From: Polyangiaceae bacterium
GTDB lineage: Bacteria; Myxococcota_A; Polyangia; Polyangiales; Polyangiaceae
Assembly (NCBI GenBank): GCA_044376115.1
Contig: JBILLK010000009.1
Coordinates: 224,001 to 288,000 of the forward strand
Length of the DNA stretch: 64,000 bases
Direction of reading: 5' to 3'
Made by a program: the position numbers and the translations under genes. A model generated the notes under the pieces. The model had not been told where the DNA came from and searched no databases. It saw nothing but the letters and a program-made list of their open reading frames with translations. Position 1 is the stretch's first letter. Each line of letters starts with the position of its first letter. Positions 18,466 to 28,105 of the stretch are shown piece after piece.

Positions 18466-18969
18466 TCAGCCGGGCGGTGGATTCTTCACCCAGATATCGA
18501 GGTGCGGACCCGGGTCGATGACGTCGCTACGGCGTTGATAGGGACCACGATCGCTCCTGAGCGTCGTATGCAGGTTGCCCTTGGAGTACATCTCGATGTG
18601 CAACATGGTGCCGCGCTTCTTGCCCTTCTTGTCGATCAGCTGACCGACCTTGGCGAGCGGCTCGCCCTTCTTGATCGTCTGCCCTTTCTTTGTGCGCGTG
18701 CTGCTCCCGCGCATGATCTCTCCGTAGCGCACGAGGTACGGACCGTGTTGGTAAGTCACGTAGTAGGTCTTCATGTAGAAGAACGTCTCTTCGTGCACCA
18801 ACACACCATCGGCCACGGCATAGATTTGCGTGCCGACCGGCTTGATGATGTCGCAGCCACCGTGCTTGCGACGCCCCTTGTCGCGTCGCGCTCCGAAGTT
18901 GCGCGCACCGGTATGCCAACTGACGCTGGGCGGCGTCTTGAATGGGAAGTAAAAGTCTGAGGTTGACAA
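18466..18969 (-). CDS. M23-family peptidase, no signal peptide (copy a)
   Basis: HGGCD, 'GTQIYAVADG', MLHIE, DP; TTG start with AAGGAG Shine-Dalgarno; clear paralog of the downstream gene. Confidence 0.85.
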   Translation of the reverse strand: MSTSDFYFPFKTPPSVSWHTGARNFGARRDKGRRKHGGCDIIKPVGTQIYAVADGVLVHEETFFYMKTYYVTYQHGPYLVRYGEIMRGSSTRTKKGQTIKKGEPLAKVGQLIDKKGKKRGTMLHIEMYSKGNLHTTLRSDRGPYQRRSDVIDPGPHLDIWVKNPPPG

Positions 18970-19006
18970 GAGGCGCTCCTTTCTCGGTCAGAATTACTAG
19001 TTATTC

Positions 19007-19022
19007 AGCAAACAGCGTGCCG
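19007..19022 (-). promoter_or_regulatory. Putative sigma54 promoter of the M23 pair
   Basis: Minus strand CGGCACGCTGTTTGCT, near consensus (TGGCACG-N4-TTGCW), in the 69-nt gap between vgrG1 and M23a. Confidence 0.72.
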
Positions 19023-19038
19023 GAAGACGGTCTCATGC

Positions 19039-20997
19039 TCAGGTCCCGGAGCGCGCCGGTCGACCCGTCAGCGCAGACACAGCATCGAGGTTCTCTTCGC
19101 GGTGGTGGCGAGGGTCCTCGTGGTCCAACTTTACCAGGCCTGAGGTGATCACGATCTTCTCCTTATCCATGAAGATCGACGAGACGCCCACGGTGAGATG
19201 AATCGAATCCTCGGCGACGATCGAGTGGGTCTTGGCGTGCGAAAGCATGCCTCCAACCGTCTTCAGCGTTCGGTCCTTGCCGACCACCGAGATGTAGTTG
19301 CCAGTGATGCGCGTGGTCTTGTCCTTGCCCACTCGCTCGCGTTGGGTTTGTCCGACGCGCTCCTCGTCGTCGTGCTCGATCGTCATGCGGCGGTCGTGGC
19401 CAACCGAAAGCTCCTTGTCGTGGTTGACGCGCGTCTTCATGTCCTTCTCCGCGCGCCCCTCGACCAACTCGCTGCCCGCCGTATCGACGTAGCGGAGCAG
19501 GTTGTAGCCGCCAGTCTCCGGCACGCTCTTGCTGCGGAACCCGCTCTCGTTCTTGGCGGCGGGCAACGCGAAAGGAGGCCGCCGCAGGTTGGTGAAGATG
19601 CGACCGACGATCACCGGCTCCTCCGGGTTGCCGCCGAGGAAGCTCACCAGCACCTCTTGTCCGATACGCGGCAGATTAACCATGCCGAAGCCTTCTCCCG
19701 ACCATGGCTGGTTAACGGGGATCCAGCAGGAGGAAAGTTCGTCCATCTTGCCGTAGCGATCCCAGTGGAACTGGACGCGTACGCGACCGAACTCATCGCA
19801 GTGAATTGTCTCGCTTGAGGGGCCCACGATGGTGGCGCATTCAACGCCGGAAATGCGCGGCCGTGGCGTAACGGCTTCGGGCTTGTGGGGGACTTCAGCG
19901 CTCACGGCCTTGGCTGCGATATGAACCTCTGACTCGAAGGTGCCAGAGAACTCCACCTCAGTGAGCAGCAGCTTCTTGAACTTCTCCGCGACGGGGTGGT
20001 TCGCGAGCGAGAGCACGGTGCCCGAGCGCAGTTCAACGCAGTTCGACTGGAATGAGAAACGCTGCGAACGCGCGACCCTCACCGCTGCATCACGCTGCGC
20101 GATCAGCCGTGCTTCCTCGAGGTCGGTGCGGACGCGCCCGCGATCATCAGCGCTCGGCGTATCCTTGGTTCCGGTGTTGCCGAACTTGAAGGCACCGGGC
20201 GTATAGGCGAAGGCCTCGAGTTGCGCTTCGAGCGGGTGCTCGCTGGCGTGGGCCTGGGCCAAGAGCGGTTGGTTTGGGAGCCGAGGATCGTGATCGGCGA
20301 AGGTGGTACGGCCTTGGCGTATTGCGCGCTCCGCGCGCAGACCCGTTGCGTAGAGTTGCGGCCCAGCGCTCGGTGCTCCCACGTGATCGAGCGGAGCAAC
20401 GCGAGGTGTAGCCGCCTCGGGCGCATCGCGCAGCACGACGACCGTTCCGCTTTCACGCTGTTCGAGGACGTAGCTGATTCCCGTGTCCTCCAGCAGTCGA
20501 CTGATGAAGGCGAAGTCGGTCTCTTGGTATTGGACCCGGTACTTCTTCGGCTTGTAGCTTTGTTCACACAGCGACTCGTGAGCCAGGCCCCATTCTTTGA
20601 GGATCAACAGCACAACCTCGAGGTCGGTTAGCTGTTGGAAGACGCGGCAGTTGGTGCGCTGAGTCAAGAGCCACAACGCTGGAGCGAGCCGCACTCGATA
20701 CGTGGATAAGCCTGTGCTCTCCGATGCAAGCTGCTCGACGTTGCGAACGATGCCACTCCAGCTGGGCGACGGGGTGTCGGGGTGCGCGAGAGGGTTGAGC
20801 CCAATTCGGAAGCTCGCCTGAGCACCGATGGTCGCTTCCAAGTCGACCGCTGGGTTTGCGCAGCGAACCAAGAGGTTCACCGTAAACAGGCTGTTGACCC
20901 CCTCGTTCACCGAGTACTCCCGCACGTCGAAGGTGTCGGGCGAGTCGACCTGAAGCTCCAGGTTCTGCGGATTGGTCAGCAGGCTCACGGTGGTCAT
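19039..20997 (-). CDS. vgrG: Type VI secretion spike protein VgrG (copy 1)
   Basis: Same VgrG motifs as copy 2 and colinear with it; ends in a short extra C-terminal peptide. Confidence 0.95.
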   Translation of the reverse strand: MTTVSLLTNPQNLELQVDSPDTFDVREYSVNEGVNSLFTVNLLVRCANPAVDLEATIGAQASFRIGLNPLAHPDTPSPSWSGIVRNVEQLASESTGLSTYRVRLAPALWLLTQRTNCRVFQQLTDLEVVLLILKEWGLAHESLCEQSYKPKKYRVQYQETDFAFISRLLEDTGISYVLEQRESGTVVVLRDAPEAATPRVAPLDHVGAPSAGPQLYATGLRAERAIRQGRTTFADHDPRLPNQPLLAQAHASEHPLEAQLEAFAYTPGAFKFGNTGTKDTPSADDRGRVRTDLEEARLIAQRDAAVRVARSQRFSFQSNCVELRSGTVLSLANHPVAEKFKKLLLTEVEFSGTFESEVHIAAKAVSAEVPHKPEAVTPRPRISGVECATIVGPSSETIHCDEFGRVRVQFHWDRYGKMDELSSCWIPVNQPWSGEGFGMVNLPRIGQEVLVSFLGGNPEEPVIVGRIFTNLRRPPFALPAAKNESGFRSKSVPETGGYNLLRYVDTAGSELVEGRAEKDMKTRVNHDKELSVGHDRRMTIEHDDEERVGQTQRERVGKDKTTRITGNYISVVGKDRTLKTVGGMLSHAKTHSIVAEDSIHLTVGVSSIFMDKEKIVITSGLVKLDHEDPRHHREENLDAVSALTGRPARSGT

Positions 20998-21009
20998 AGG
21001 CGGGAGTCA

Positions 21010-21025
21010 TGCTAACGGCATGCCA
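21010..21025 (-). promoter_or_regulatory. Putative sigma54 promoter of vgrG1
   Basis: Minus strand TGGCATGCCGTTAGCA = GG-N10-GC, 12 nt before the ATG. Confidence 0.62.
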
Positions 21026-21244
21026 CGACGACACGCCACTGTTGAGGTCGAGCCGACGAGCACTTTGCGCGTGATGTGCAAAGCCTGAGCTTCGCGTTCG
21101 TTCGCTGGATTGTGGGCGCGAATAGCTACGTCACGTCAGCTCGGGGTGGTAACGCGTTGCCCGCTTGAGTGCGCACAAAGTCTTCAGCAACTGGCTTGGG
21201 GCGAGTCCGTGCATGCGCCTTCGGCTTCCGCGTATCTTCGGTGA

Positions 21245-21841
21245 ATGCGACGTTCGGGTGCCCTTCTGGTTCTCATCGTAGGCTGGCTTTTCGGGTGTGG
21301 TGGCCTGGTCGTGTTTGAGCAATCCGAGCCTGGAGACGGTGCGGCTGGGGCAGGCGGTTCAACCAGCTCAACGAGCTCAACCGGCTCCACGGCTTCAATC
21401 GAGCCGACGTGTGTCGATTTCTGCAGTGCGAAAGCCGCTAACGGGTGCGCCAGCCCAGACTGTGAATCCACGTGTGATGCGCTCTTCAACGGTGCTTGTG
21501 ACGACACCATCCGGCCTTATCTCGAGTGTGTCCCGGACCTCCTCAACGCAGACTGCGTCCCGCAATTCCCAGAGGATCCGCTCTTCCCCTGCTCGGTCGC
21601 GAGCGTTTACCTCTCCTGCAACCCGTCCTGCGGCAGCGTCTCGAGTGAGATTGTCGGCAGCGGCTGCAAGGGCGAGGCGGCATGCGGCGTTGGGCTCGTA
21701 ACAACCGAGTGCAACAGCGAGGGAGTCTGCGTGTGCAGCTTGGACGGCCTCGCGATTGGGACCTGTAACGCGCTGCTTCGCGGCGTTGACGGCTGCATTC
21801 CGTCGCTCAATTGCTGCAAGCTCTTGATTCCAGGGCTCTAA
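21245..21841 (+). CDS. Small Cys-rich lipoprotein
   Basis: Lipobox LFGC, Gly/Ser linker, Cys-rich body. Confidence 0.7.
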   Translation: MRRSGALLVLIVGWLFGCGGLVVFEQSEPGDGAAGAGGSTSSTSSTGSTASIEPTCVDFCSAKAANGCASPDCESTCDALFNGACDDTIRPYLECVPDLLNADCVPQFPEDPLFPCSVASVYLSCNPSCGSVSSEIVGSGCKGEAACGVGLVTTECNSEGVCVCSLDGLAIGTCNALLRGVDGCIPSLNCCKLLIPGL

Positions 21842-21892
21842 GCCCCAAGGCAGCCGCGCTGCGCGAGCTTGTCTTTGTTACGTGAAGGGACC

Positions 21893-23356
21893 ATGGACCG
21901 GAGCGTGGCATCCGAATCCGCAAGTCTCGCCGTATATCTCCGCTCGAACGCCTCGGTCGAGGCCGAGTTTGAACAAGCTCTGCAGTTGGTGGAGGGCAAG
22001 CTGCCGGCCGAACTGCGCGGCGTGCTCTACCGCAATGGGCCAGGCAAGATGGAGGCCTTTGGCCAGCGCTATGACCATCCGTTCGATGGCGACGGAATGG
22101 TCACTCGTTTCGAGTTTAATGGTCAATCGGTTCACTATCGAAATAGCTACGTAAAGACCGCCGAGTACGTCGCTGAGCAGCGCGCTGGGAAAATGCTCTA
22201 TCGGGCGTTTGGTACCAATCTGCCAGGTGGTCTGCGGGCGAACTTTTTGCGCCTTCACTTCAAGAACGCGGCCAATACGAGTGTAGCGATGGTCGGAGGA
22301 AAGCTCTTGGCGTTGTGGGAAGGCGGCCTCCCACATGAGCTTGACCCGACTACGTTGGAGACGGTTGGTCGCTATGACTTTGCGGGCCAATTGCACAATC
22401 GAGCAGACTTGCTCGGTCGCCTCATTTCGCCAGAGCTTCCGTTCTCCGCGCACCCGAAGATGGACCCAAAGAGCGGTGAACTTCACAACTTTGGCACGCT
22501 CATGGGAAGCGTCAGCAAGCTTGTCCTTTATCGCGTTAGGCGCAACGGGACGATGGCTACGCCTCGCTTCGTGCCGTTGCCAGCGTTGGCGTTCGTCCAT
22601 GACTTCGTGCTTACCGAGAACTACAGCGTGTTCTTTCTCTCCGCGGTCTCCTTCGGTGTGGCTCGCGCGTTATGCGGCTTAGCGACTCCCGTAGGGTCAC
22701 TCACCGGCGCTGAGTCTGCCCCGGCGACTGTGCTCCTCGTTCCTCGCGACGGCTCCGCTCCCATCTCGGTTCCCGCTCAGCCCGGCTTCTTGTTTCATTT
22801 TGCAAACGGCTTTGAGGATGAACGAGGCCGGGTCGTGCTCGACGGCATGCGCATGGACGCTCTTCCGACGGCGGCAGAGGTTCGCGAACTGCTCGCAGGC
22901 AACGTCGTCGCCATTCCGCCCGCTCGGCCAACTCGCTACGTGATTGATCCTGCTACTCGTCATTGTGAGGAGAGCCAGCTCAGCGAGACAAAGGCGGATC
23001 TACCAACGATTGACCCCCGTCACACCGGGCTTCCTTATCGACACTTCTGGTCGATCGCCTCGACGCCCGAGCAGACGGGCCCGTTTTATCATTGCCTGCT
23101 GCATTTCGATCATCAGCGCGGCGCGGCCCTGCGTGACTTTGGGCTGGACCTGCCAGGGGAGCCGCTGTTTGTGCCGGCGCCGGACGGCGCGGCCGAGGGT
23201 GAAGGGTGGATCCTCTCTTTGGTCTATCGCGCCGGCGAGCACCGCACAGACCTCTACGTTCTACGGCCGGCGGATCTCGGAACGGTTTGTCGGTTGGAGC
23301 TCCCTCACCACCTGCCCTCTGGGTTCCACGGCACATGGCAGTCCGCGAGCCATTGA
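21893..23356 (+). CDS. Carotenoid oxygenase family (RPE65/CCD-like) dioxygenase
   Basis: RNGPG, HPFDGDGM, NAANT, four Fe-ligand His (SAHPK, VHDF, FHFAN, GFHGTW), GEPLFVP. Confidence 0.92.
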   Translation: MDRSVASESASLAVYLRSNASVEAEFEQALQLVEGKLPAELRGVLYRNGPGKMEAFGQRYDHPFDGDGMVTRFEFNGQSVHYRNSYVKTAEYVAEQRAGKMLYRAFGTNLPGGLRANFLRLHFKNAANTSVAMVGGKLLALWEGGLPHELDPTTLETVGRYDFAGQLHNRADLLGRLISPELPFSAHPKMDPKSGELHNFGTLMGSVSKLVLYRVRRNGTMATPRFVPLPALAFVHDFVLTENYSVFFLSAVSFGVARALCGLATPVGSLTGAESAPATVLLVPRDGSAPISVPAQPGFLFHFANGFEDERGRVVLDGMRMDALPTAAEVRELLAGNVVAIPPARPTRYVIDPATRHCEESQLSETKADLPTIDPRHTGLPYRHFWSIASTPEQTGPFYHCLLHFDHQRGAALRDFGLDLPGEPLFVPAPDGAAEGEGWILSLVYRAGEHRTDLYVLRPADLGTVCRLELPHHLPSGFHGTWQSASH

Positions 23357-23359
23357 GCC

Positions 23360-24265
23360 TCAGAACGTAGCGAAAGCAAATCCGCCGTATTGAAACTCCA
23401 CGCAGCCGAGTGGCGTCTCGGCGGCGGCCACCTGCGCGTAGGTAAAGCCTTGGAACTCGAGACCCGTAACCACTGCGAGCGGGTCGATCATCTCGGCGTC
23501 TGCGTGAAAGCCCCCCTCTGACGCGGGGACTGCGCAATGGGTGAAGGTGGCCCCCGCAGCGTGATGATTGATCGGTATCGTGGAAAACACGTGACCCTCG
23601 GTGGCGCCAGACCAGCTGGCGTCGAGCGCGCCCGGCATCGAAGAGTCCCCCTCGAGCGTGATGGCGGGGTTCTCCAACACCCCCGCGATCTTCATGGCAG
23701 GAGCTTCAATCGTCATTTCATCCCAAGCGAGCGTCGCTGAGAACAACGCGTCGGCCGCTCCGATCGTGACCTCGCCAGACAGCCCGCCGATCGTCGGATC
23801 GGCGGTGAAGGTCTGCTCCTCGCTACCACTTTGCAATAATAAAGTAGCGGTCTTGACGGTGCGCCGATCCACCACGCACTCCCCAGCGTGGGAACAGACC
23901 TCGGTGGCTGCGCAGCCATTGCAGAGGCCCTGCGCTTGGTGAAACGCACAGTGCTCATTCTCGAGTTCAGGCTCGCCGATCGTAGGGTTGACGCGATCCC
24001 ACAGGTCGCCTTGCAGGTAAGGGGCATCGGGAAAGCCACCCAAGTTGATGCGCCCTAGCAGATTCTGCGGGGAGCAATGGGTGTCGGGGATCGCCTGGTA
24101 GGTGCCGCTTGCGCCACCACCGTCACCGCCTTGGCCGCCCTCTCCAGCACCGCCATTGCCGTTGCCGCCACCTCCGCTGCCACCGCTGCCGCTATCGCCA
24201 CAGCCGAACGCTCCGCCGACCGTAATAAGCAGGGAGGAAACCAAGAGCGGAAGGCGCTTCGTCAT
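23360..24265 (-). CDS. Hypothetical lipoprotein
   Basis: Lipobox AFGC-GDSG, Gly-rich tether, globular C-terminal part with NHHAAG. Confidence 0.7.
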   Translation of the reverse strand: MTKRLPLLVSSLLITVGGAFGCGDSGSGGSGGGGNGNGGAGEGGQGGDGGGASGTYQAIPDTHCSPQNLLGRINLGGFPDAPYLQGDLWDRVNPTIGEPELENEHCAFHQAQGLCNGCAATEVCSHAGECVVDRRTVKTATLLLQSGSEEQTFTADPTIGGLSGEVTIGAADALFSATLAWDEMTIEAPAMKIAGVLENPAITLEGDSSMPGALDASWSGATEGHVFSTIPINHHAAGATFTHCAVPASEGGFHADAEMIDPLAVVTGLEFQGFTYAQVAAAETPLGCVEFQYGGFAFATF

Positions 24266-24361
24266 AAGTCGCCCAAGCGTACTTTGGCTTTGCGCGAGCC
24301 GCCAATCGCACGGTTCGCCAGCCCTTTACCGAAGGTTGCTGAAGTGTGGAACACTCGGCCG

Positions 24362-25936
24362 ATGCTCAGAGCTGGGGCGACGTTGCGTGGAGGCTTCATC
24401 GTAAGGGCCAAAGTCCGGGGAGTGGGTTCGCTCTTGGCGGCGCTCAGCACCAGGGGACTTGCGAGCGTCGTGGTGGCAGGCCTTTGCCATTGCTCGGGCG
24501 AAGTGTTGCCAAGCTCGATTCCTCCGCGCGCTACGGCGAGCGCCGCACCCAGCGTTACGTTGCCCGCGAAGCCAACCTCGACGGCCCGCGCTTCCGCGAC
24601 CCCGGCCGGCATTGATCTGCAAGCGGCGACGACACCAACCTTGTTATGGTCTTACCCAACGGAAGGCGGCGAGCCGTTGCTGCTCGGGGACGGCGTTGTG
24701 GTGATCGACGCCGGCGCAAGCTCGGCCTCACTCGTTCGAAGCGATGGGGCTCGGACATGGCAAGTAAAGGCCCCCTCCGGCGTCAGCTTCTCGTCGACGT
24801 TGAAGGCGTTAGCCGGTAGAGCGGTCTTGCTACATGGTTATGGCGCCAAGGGAGAGAGCCTCAGCCGCGTAGATAGCGCGACGGGCAAGCTGATTTGGCA
24901 TCGGGACGGGTTGGGGGAGCCGACGCTTGGGGATGATGGGACAGGGGCCACCGCAGCGTCGTCGCAGAAATGCTCGAGCGCCGTGCTCGACTTGGACACG
25001 GGGGTATTGGGCCCCCATCCGCTGGCTGACAGTCTGTTCGAGGTGTTTGAGCAAGAGTCGCCACCGCACCCACGGTGTCGTCGCTCGACGCGGCCGATCC
25101 TGGAGCGTGGAGGAGTGACGTTGCTCTCCCGTCACGAGAAGGGGGCTGAGATTCTGGAGGCCTTCAATCGTGCCGGCCAATCGCGATACAAGCTGCCGCT
25201 CGACCAGGCGCACGCTCGCTTGGTGCACGCCGACGAGAAGACGGCTGTGCTGCTGCTGTTGGGCCGCGAGGTTACGTACTTGAGGCTCAAGGTCGAGTCG
25301 GGCGAGACGCTGGCGCGACAGGAGATCGCTACGGCCGCGCAATGCGATGAGGACAGGACCGGACCCTACGCTGAGGTGGTACCGGCGACTTCCGGTCAGC
25401 CCGCTGCGCTTTTTACTCGACTATGTGGCCAAGCCAGTCTTCGGGAGTTGACCACCGCTAAGCTGATTTGGTCCACTCCTATCGGGGAAGACGCAGCCTT
25501 CATAGCCGGGACCGAGACTCAGCCTTGGGACGAGCTCGCGAGCCTTTACGTGAGTTCTGGCGAGCCGCAATCGGCATGGCTCTTCGACCGGGCAGGAGCA
25601 GCCGAGCGGATCAAGCTACCTGAAGGCGTCCGCGACGTCATGCCGATGAAAGGCGGCGTGGTGGTCACCACCCTAGGGCTCGACCGTACCTCCTTTTACG
25701 ATAAGCAGGGGCTGCGCTGGAGCTTGGATTTGGCGTTTGGAAACTCTTATCCATTGGGGCATCACTACTTGGTACTTGGCTCAAACGCCGCAGACCAGGT
25801 GGTGATCGAGCCCACGAGCGGTGCTGTATCCCTGTTTGAGGGCGGTTCCCCCTACGCAGTAGGAGAACTTGACGGCGTTTGGATTTCAACCAGGACGAAG
25901 CCGGCCTCGCTCGTGGGGCTACGGCTGGGGCTCTGA
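24362..25936 (+). CDS. PQQ-like beta-propeller lipoprotein
   Basis: Repeated 'D..TGK.IW' type blade motifs, possible lipobox LCHC, Pro/Ala linker. The ORF-track start 24077 overlaps the opposite gene; the true start is uncertain. Confidence 0.6.
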   Translation: MLRAGATLRGGFIVRAKVRGVGSLLAALSTRGLASVVVAGLCHCSGEVLPSSIPPRATASAAPSVTLPAKPTSTARASATPAGIDLQAATTPTLLWSYPTEGGEPLLLGDGVVVIDAGASSASLVRSDGARTWQVKAPSGVSFSSTLKALAGRAVLLHGYGAKGESLSRVDSATGKLIWHRDGLGEPTLGDDGTGATAASSQKCSSAVLDLDTGVLGPHPLADSLFEVFEQESPPHPRCRRSTRPILERGGVTLLSRHEKGAEILEAFNRAGQSRYKLPLDQAHARLVHADEKTAVLLLLGREVTYLRLKVESGETLARQEIATAAQCDEDRTGPYAEVVPATSGQPAALFTRLCGQASLRELTTAKLIWSTPIGEDAAFIAGTETQPWDELASLYVSSGEPQSAWLFDRAGAAERIKLPEGVRDVMPMKGGVVVTTLGLDRTSFYDKQGLRWSLDLAFGNSYPLGHHYLVLGSNAADQVVIEPTSGAVSLFEGGSPYAVGELDGVWISTRTKPASLVGLRLGL

Positions 25937-25941
25937 ACGGC

Positions 25942-28074
25942 TCAGGGCTCGAACAAGATGAGGATCGTGTCGCCTTGGATTGCACCTCCGCCTAGGTCGA
26001 GCTCAGTTCCTTCAAAGAAGTCCCCCTGTAGTAGGGCCGCGACGCGTCCGTCCCTGGTCGAAACCTCGATCGGCTCCCACAGGCTTCCTTCATAGGCTCG
26101 CACCCAATCGATCTGTCCCTCAGGGTTTGTTCGATAAAATGCAGGTACGCCCGAGAGAGTGAAGTCAAAGCCACTAAGCGGGCAGCCAGCAATAGTCGCC
26201 TCGTTCACTAGCTTGGTTGCTACGATGCGCGAGCCGTCCTCCGTTGTCGTGATGGCGCCGTAGTTATTATAGAGCTCTGGAATAGCAAGCGTAGAGATGT
26301 GGGTTAGCCCGGGATCCAACGCCGTCTCGAATACTCCGAAATCCTGCAGCGGGCCTCCTCCCAAGTCTGTGCCGGCTGGCCCCACGCCCAAGATGGTAAA
26401 GCCACCGGCGGGGTGGGTGCTAACGTCAATCGTTTCCATCCCTGACGCCACTGGCATAGGCCCGCCAAAGGCTCGTTGGGAGATAAAGTCTCCGTTGCTC
26501 GCGAAACGGGCGAGCAAGAGCGGGTTGTCAAGCCCGTACACCGGGCCGCCTCCCACGTCCACGCGCCCGACTATCTCAGTAAAGAGGCCAATGCTGCCGT
26601 CTGCCTGAATGGCGAGATCGATCGTGCTGCTCTGTCCCTCGCCGTCCAGATCAAGGATGGAGAAGCTGAAGACGTGGCTGCCGTCTTCCTCAAAGGAGGC
26701 CAGGTAGCTCTGCAATTGGATATTCGTGTAGGGGAGTTCGCCACCCCCCAAGTCCAGCGTGCCCCCTTGTGAACCGGCCATGACCAAGCGGCCGGAGGGG
26801 GCCACCTCCAAGTCAAAGACCCGCTGGCCTCCAAACTGCCCAGAGAAACCGCGGCTAAAAAGATGTTGCCCGTTGGCGTCGAGCTTCCAAAGGAAGGTAG
26901 CGCTCGATTCGGTTGTGGCTAGTGGACCACCACCAAAATCAGGGCCCGGCGGCATGAAACTGTATGCCGTGTATTGACCGCCTACCCAGATATTCCCTGT
27001 TGCATCCACAGCGACCGCGTCGGCGGTCATGTAGTGCCCAACCGACTCAACCCCTGTCGCCCAAATCGGGTTGAGCGTGTCACTGTCGAGCAAGGCGACG
27101 AATACCGCGATAGCGTCGACGTCGGTGGTTTGAAGCACGGTCCCGCCTCCGAGATCGAAGTCGTCGTAGGTGCCAATGATGACGATGCCGTCGGGGTGAA
27201 CGGCGACATCGATGAGGGTATTGCTGCCGCTGTTATAGAGGGTGAACGGCTTTGCGCTGCGTACAGATGGATCCGGGCCATCGGCGACGTCCCAGCAGGA
27301 GGGGCTGACGACGGTTCCGCCGCAAGGAGCGCAGGCGGAGAAGGCTGGGTCTTCTGGGTCGAGCTCGCCAGCGAAGCCGGGCCCCGCGCAGATCTGTACT
27401 CCGCTATCGCCATTTTCGCAGCTGCAGGCCCGCTGCTCGTTGGGCACGCAGTCTGCGCTCGTGCTTGGCCCTGCTAGCTCACAGAGCCCCTCCAGGCAGC
27501 GCCGTTCGGGGCTGCCGGCTGGGGTTGGGCAATCACTGTTCTCTTGGCATTCGATACGGCAGTACCCGCCGAGACAGCGAGCCGGTAGTTCACAATCCGA
27601 CGAGAAGCTGCAGAGCTCGCCTTCCTTGGCGGGGGCTTCGAGTTCACCCCCGACGAGTTCCTCGGGCAGCGCGCAAACCCGCGTTGCTGCACAGACCTGA
27701 TCGGCCAGGCAATCAGGATCTGCCAGACATTGATTGCGACATTCTCCGTCGGTGCCGCAAACGAGCGGTTCCGGACAATCGCTATTGAGCGAGCAGCGAG
27801 CGTCCTCCTCCAGCAGGCACACATTGCCGTTGTCGGTGGTGACGCAGCGCAACCCCAGCGCACAGTCCGAACTTACGAGGCACGCCTCGTGGCAGACGCG
27901 AAAAGCGCAAATGAGCTCCGCCTCGCAGTCGGAGTTCACTACGCAACCGGCGCCCAGGGCAGCCAGCACCGCTTCGGTGCTGGCTGAGCAACCAGCTCCC
28001 GCGGTGCTTGCCAGTAGGGTAAAGCCCACCACGCCCGCTGCCAACGTTCTACGCAGCCCCAAACCTAAGCTCAT
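25942..28074 (-). CDS. Cys-rich lipoprotein with C-terminal beta-propeller ('DLGGG' repeats)
   Basis: Lipobox GAGC, 'AALGAGC..NSDC' Cys-rich domain, repeated D(L/F/V)GGG blades. Confidence 0.78.
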   Translation of the reverse strand: MSLGLGLRRTLAAGVVGFTLLASTAGAGCSASTEAVLAALGAGCVVNSDCEAELICAFRVCHEACLVSSDCALGLRCVTTDNGNVCLLEEDARCSLNSDCPEPLVCGTDGECRNQCLADPDCLADQVCAATRVCALPEELVGGELEAPAKEGELCSFSSDCELPARCLGGYCRIECQENSDCPTPAGSPERRCLEGLCELAGPSTSADCVPNEQRACSCENGDSGVQICAGPGFAGELDPEDPAFSACAPCGGTVVSPSCWDVADGPDPSVRSAKPFTLYNSGSNTLIDVAVHPDGIVIIGTYDDFDLGGGTVLQTTDVDAIAVFVALLDSDTLNPIWATGVESVGHYMTADAVAVDATGNIWVGGQYTAYSFMPPGPDFGGGPLATTESSATFLWKLDANGQHLFSRGFSGQFGGQRVFDLEVAPSGRLVMAGSQGGTLDLGGGELPYTNIQLQSYLASFEEDGSHVFSFSILDLDGEGQSSTIDLAIQADGSIGLFTEIVGRVDVGGGPVYGLDNPLLLARFASNGDFISQRAFGGPMPVASGMETIDVSTHPAGGFTILGVGPAGTDLGGGPLQDFGVFETALDPGLTHISTLAIPELYNNYGAITTTEDGSRIVATKLVNEATIAGCPLSGFDFTLSGVPAFYRTNPEGQIDWVRAYEGSLWEPIEVSTRDGRVAALLQGDFFEGTELDLGGGAIQGDTILILFEP

Positions 28075-28105
28075 CGGTAGGCACCCTCCATGCTGGTCCG
28101 AGTCA

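Noticed and set aside
15918..20997. Prophage tail, eCIS or complete T6SS cluster
   Set aside because: No sheath, tube/Hcp, baseplate, PAAR or membrane-complex genes; this is an orphan vgrG island.
21245..21841. Cys-rich lipoprotein as immunity protein for the M23 peptidases
   Set aside because: Divergently transcribed, 2.3 kb away, and similar to generic myxobacterial Cys-rich lipoproteins; no positive evidence.
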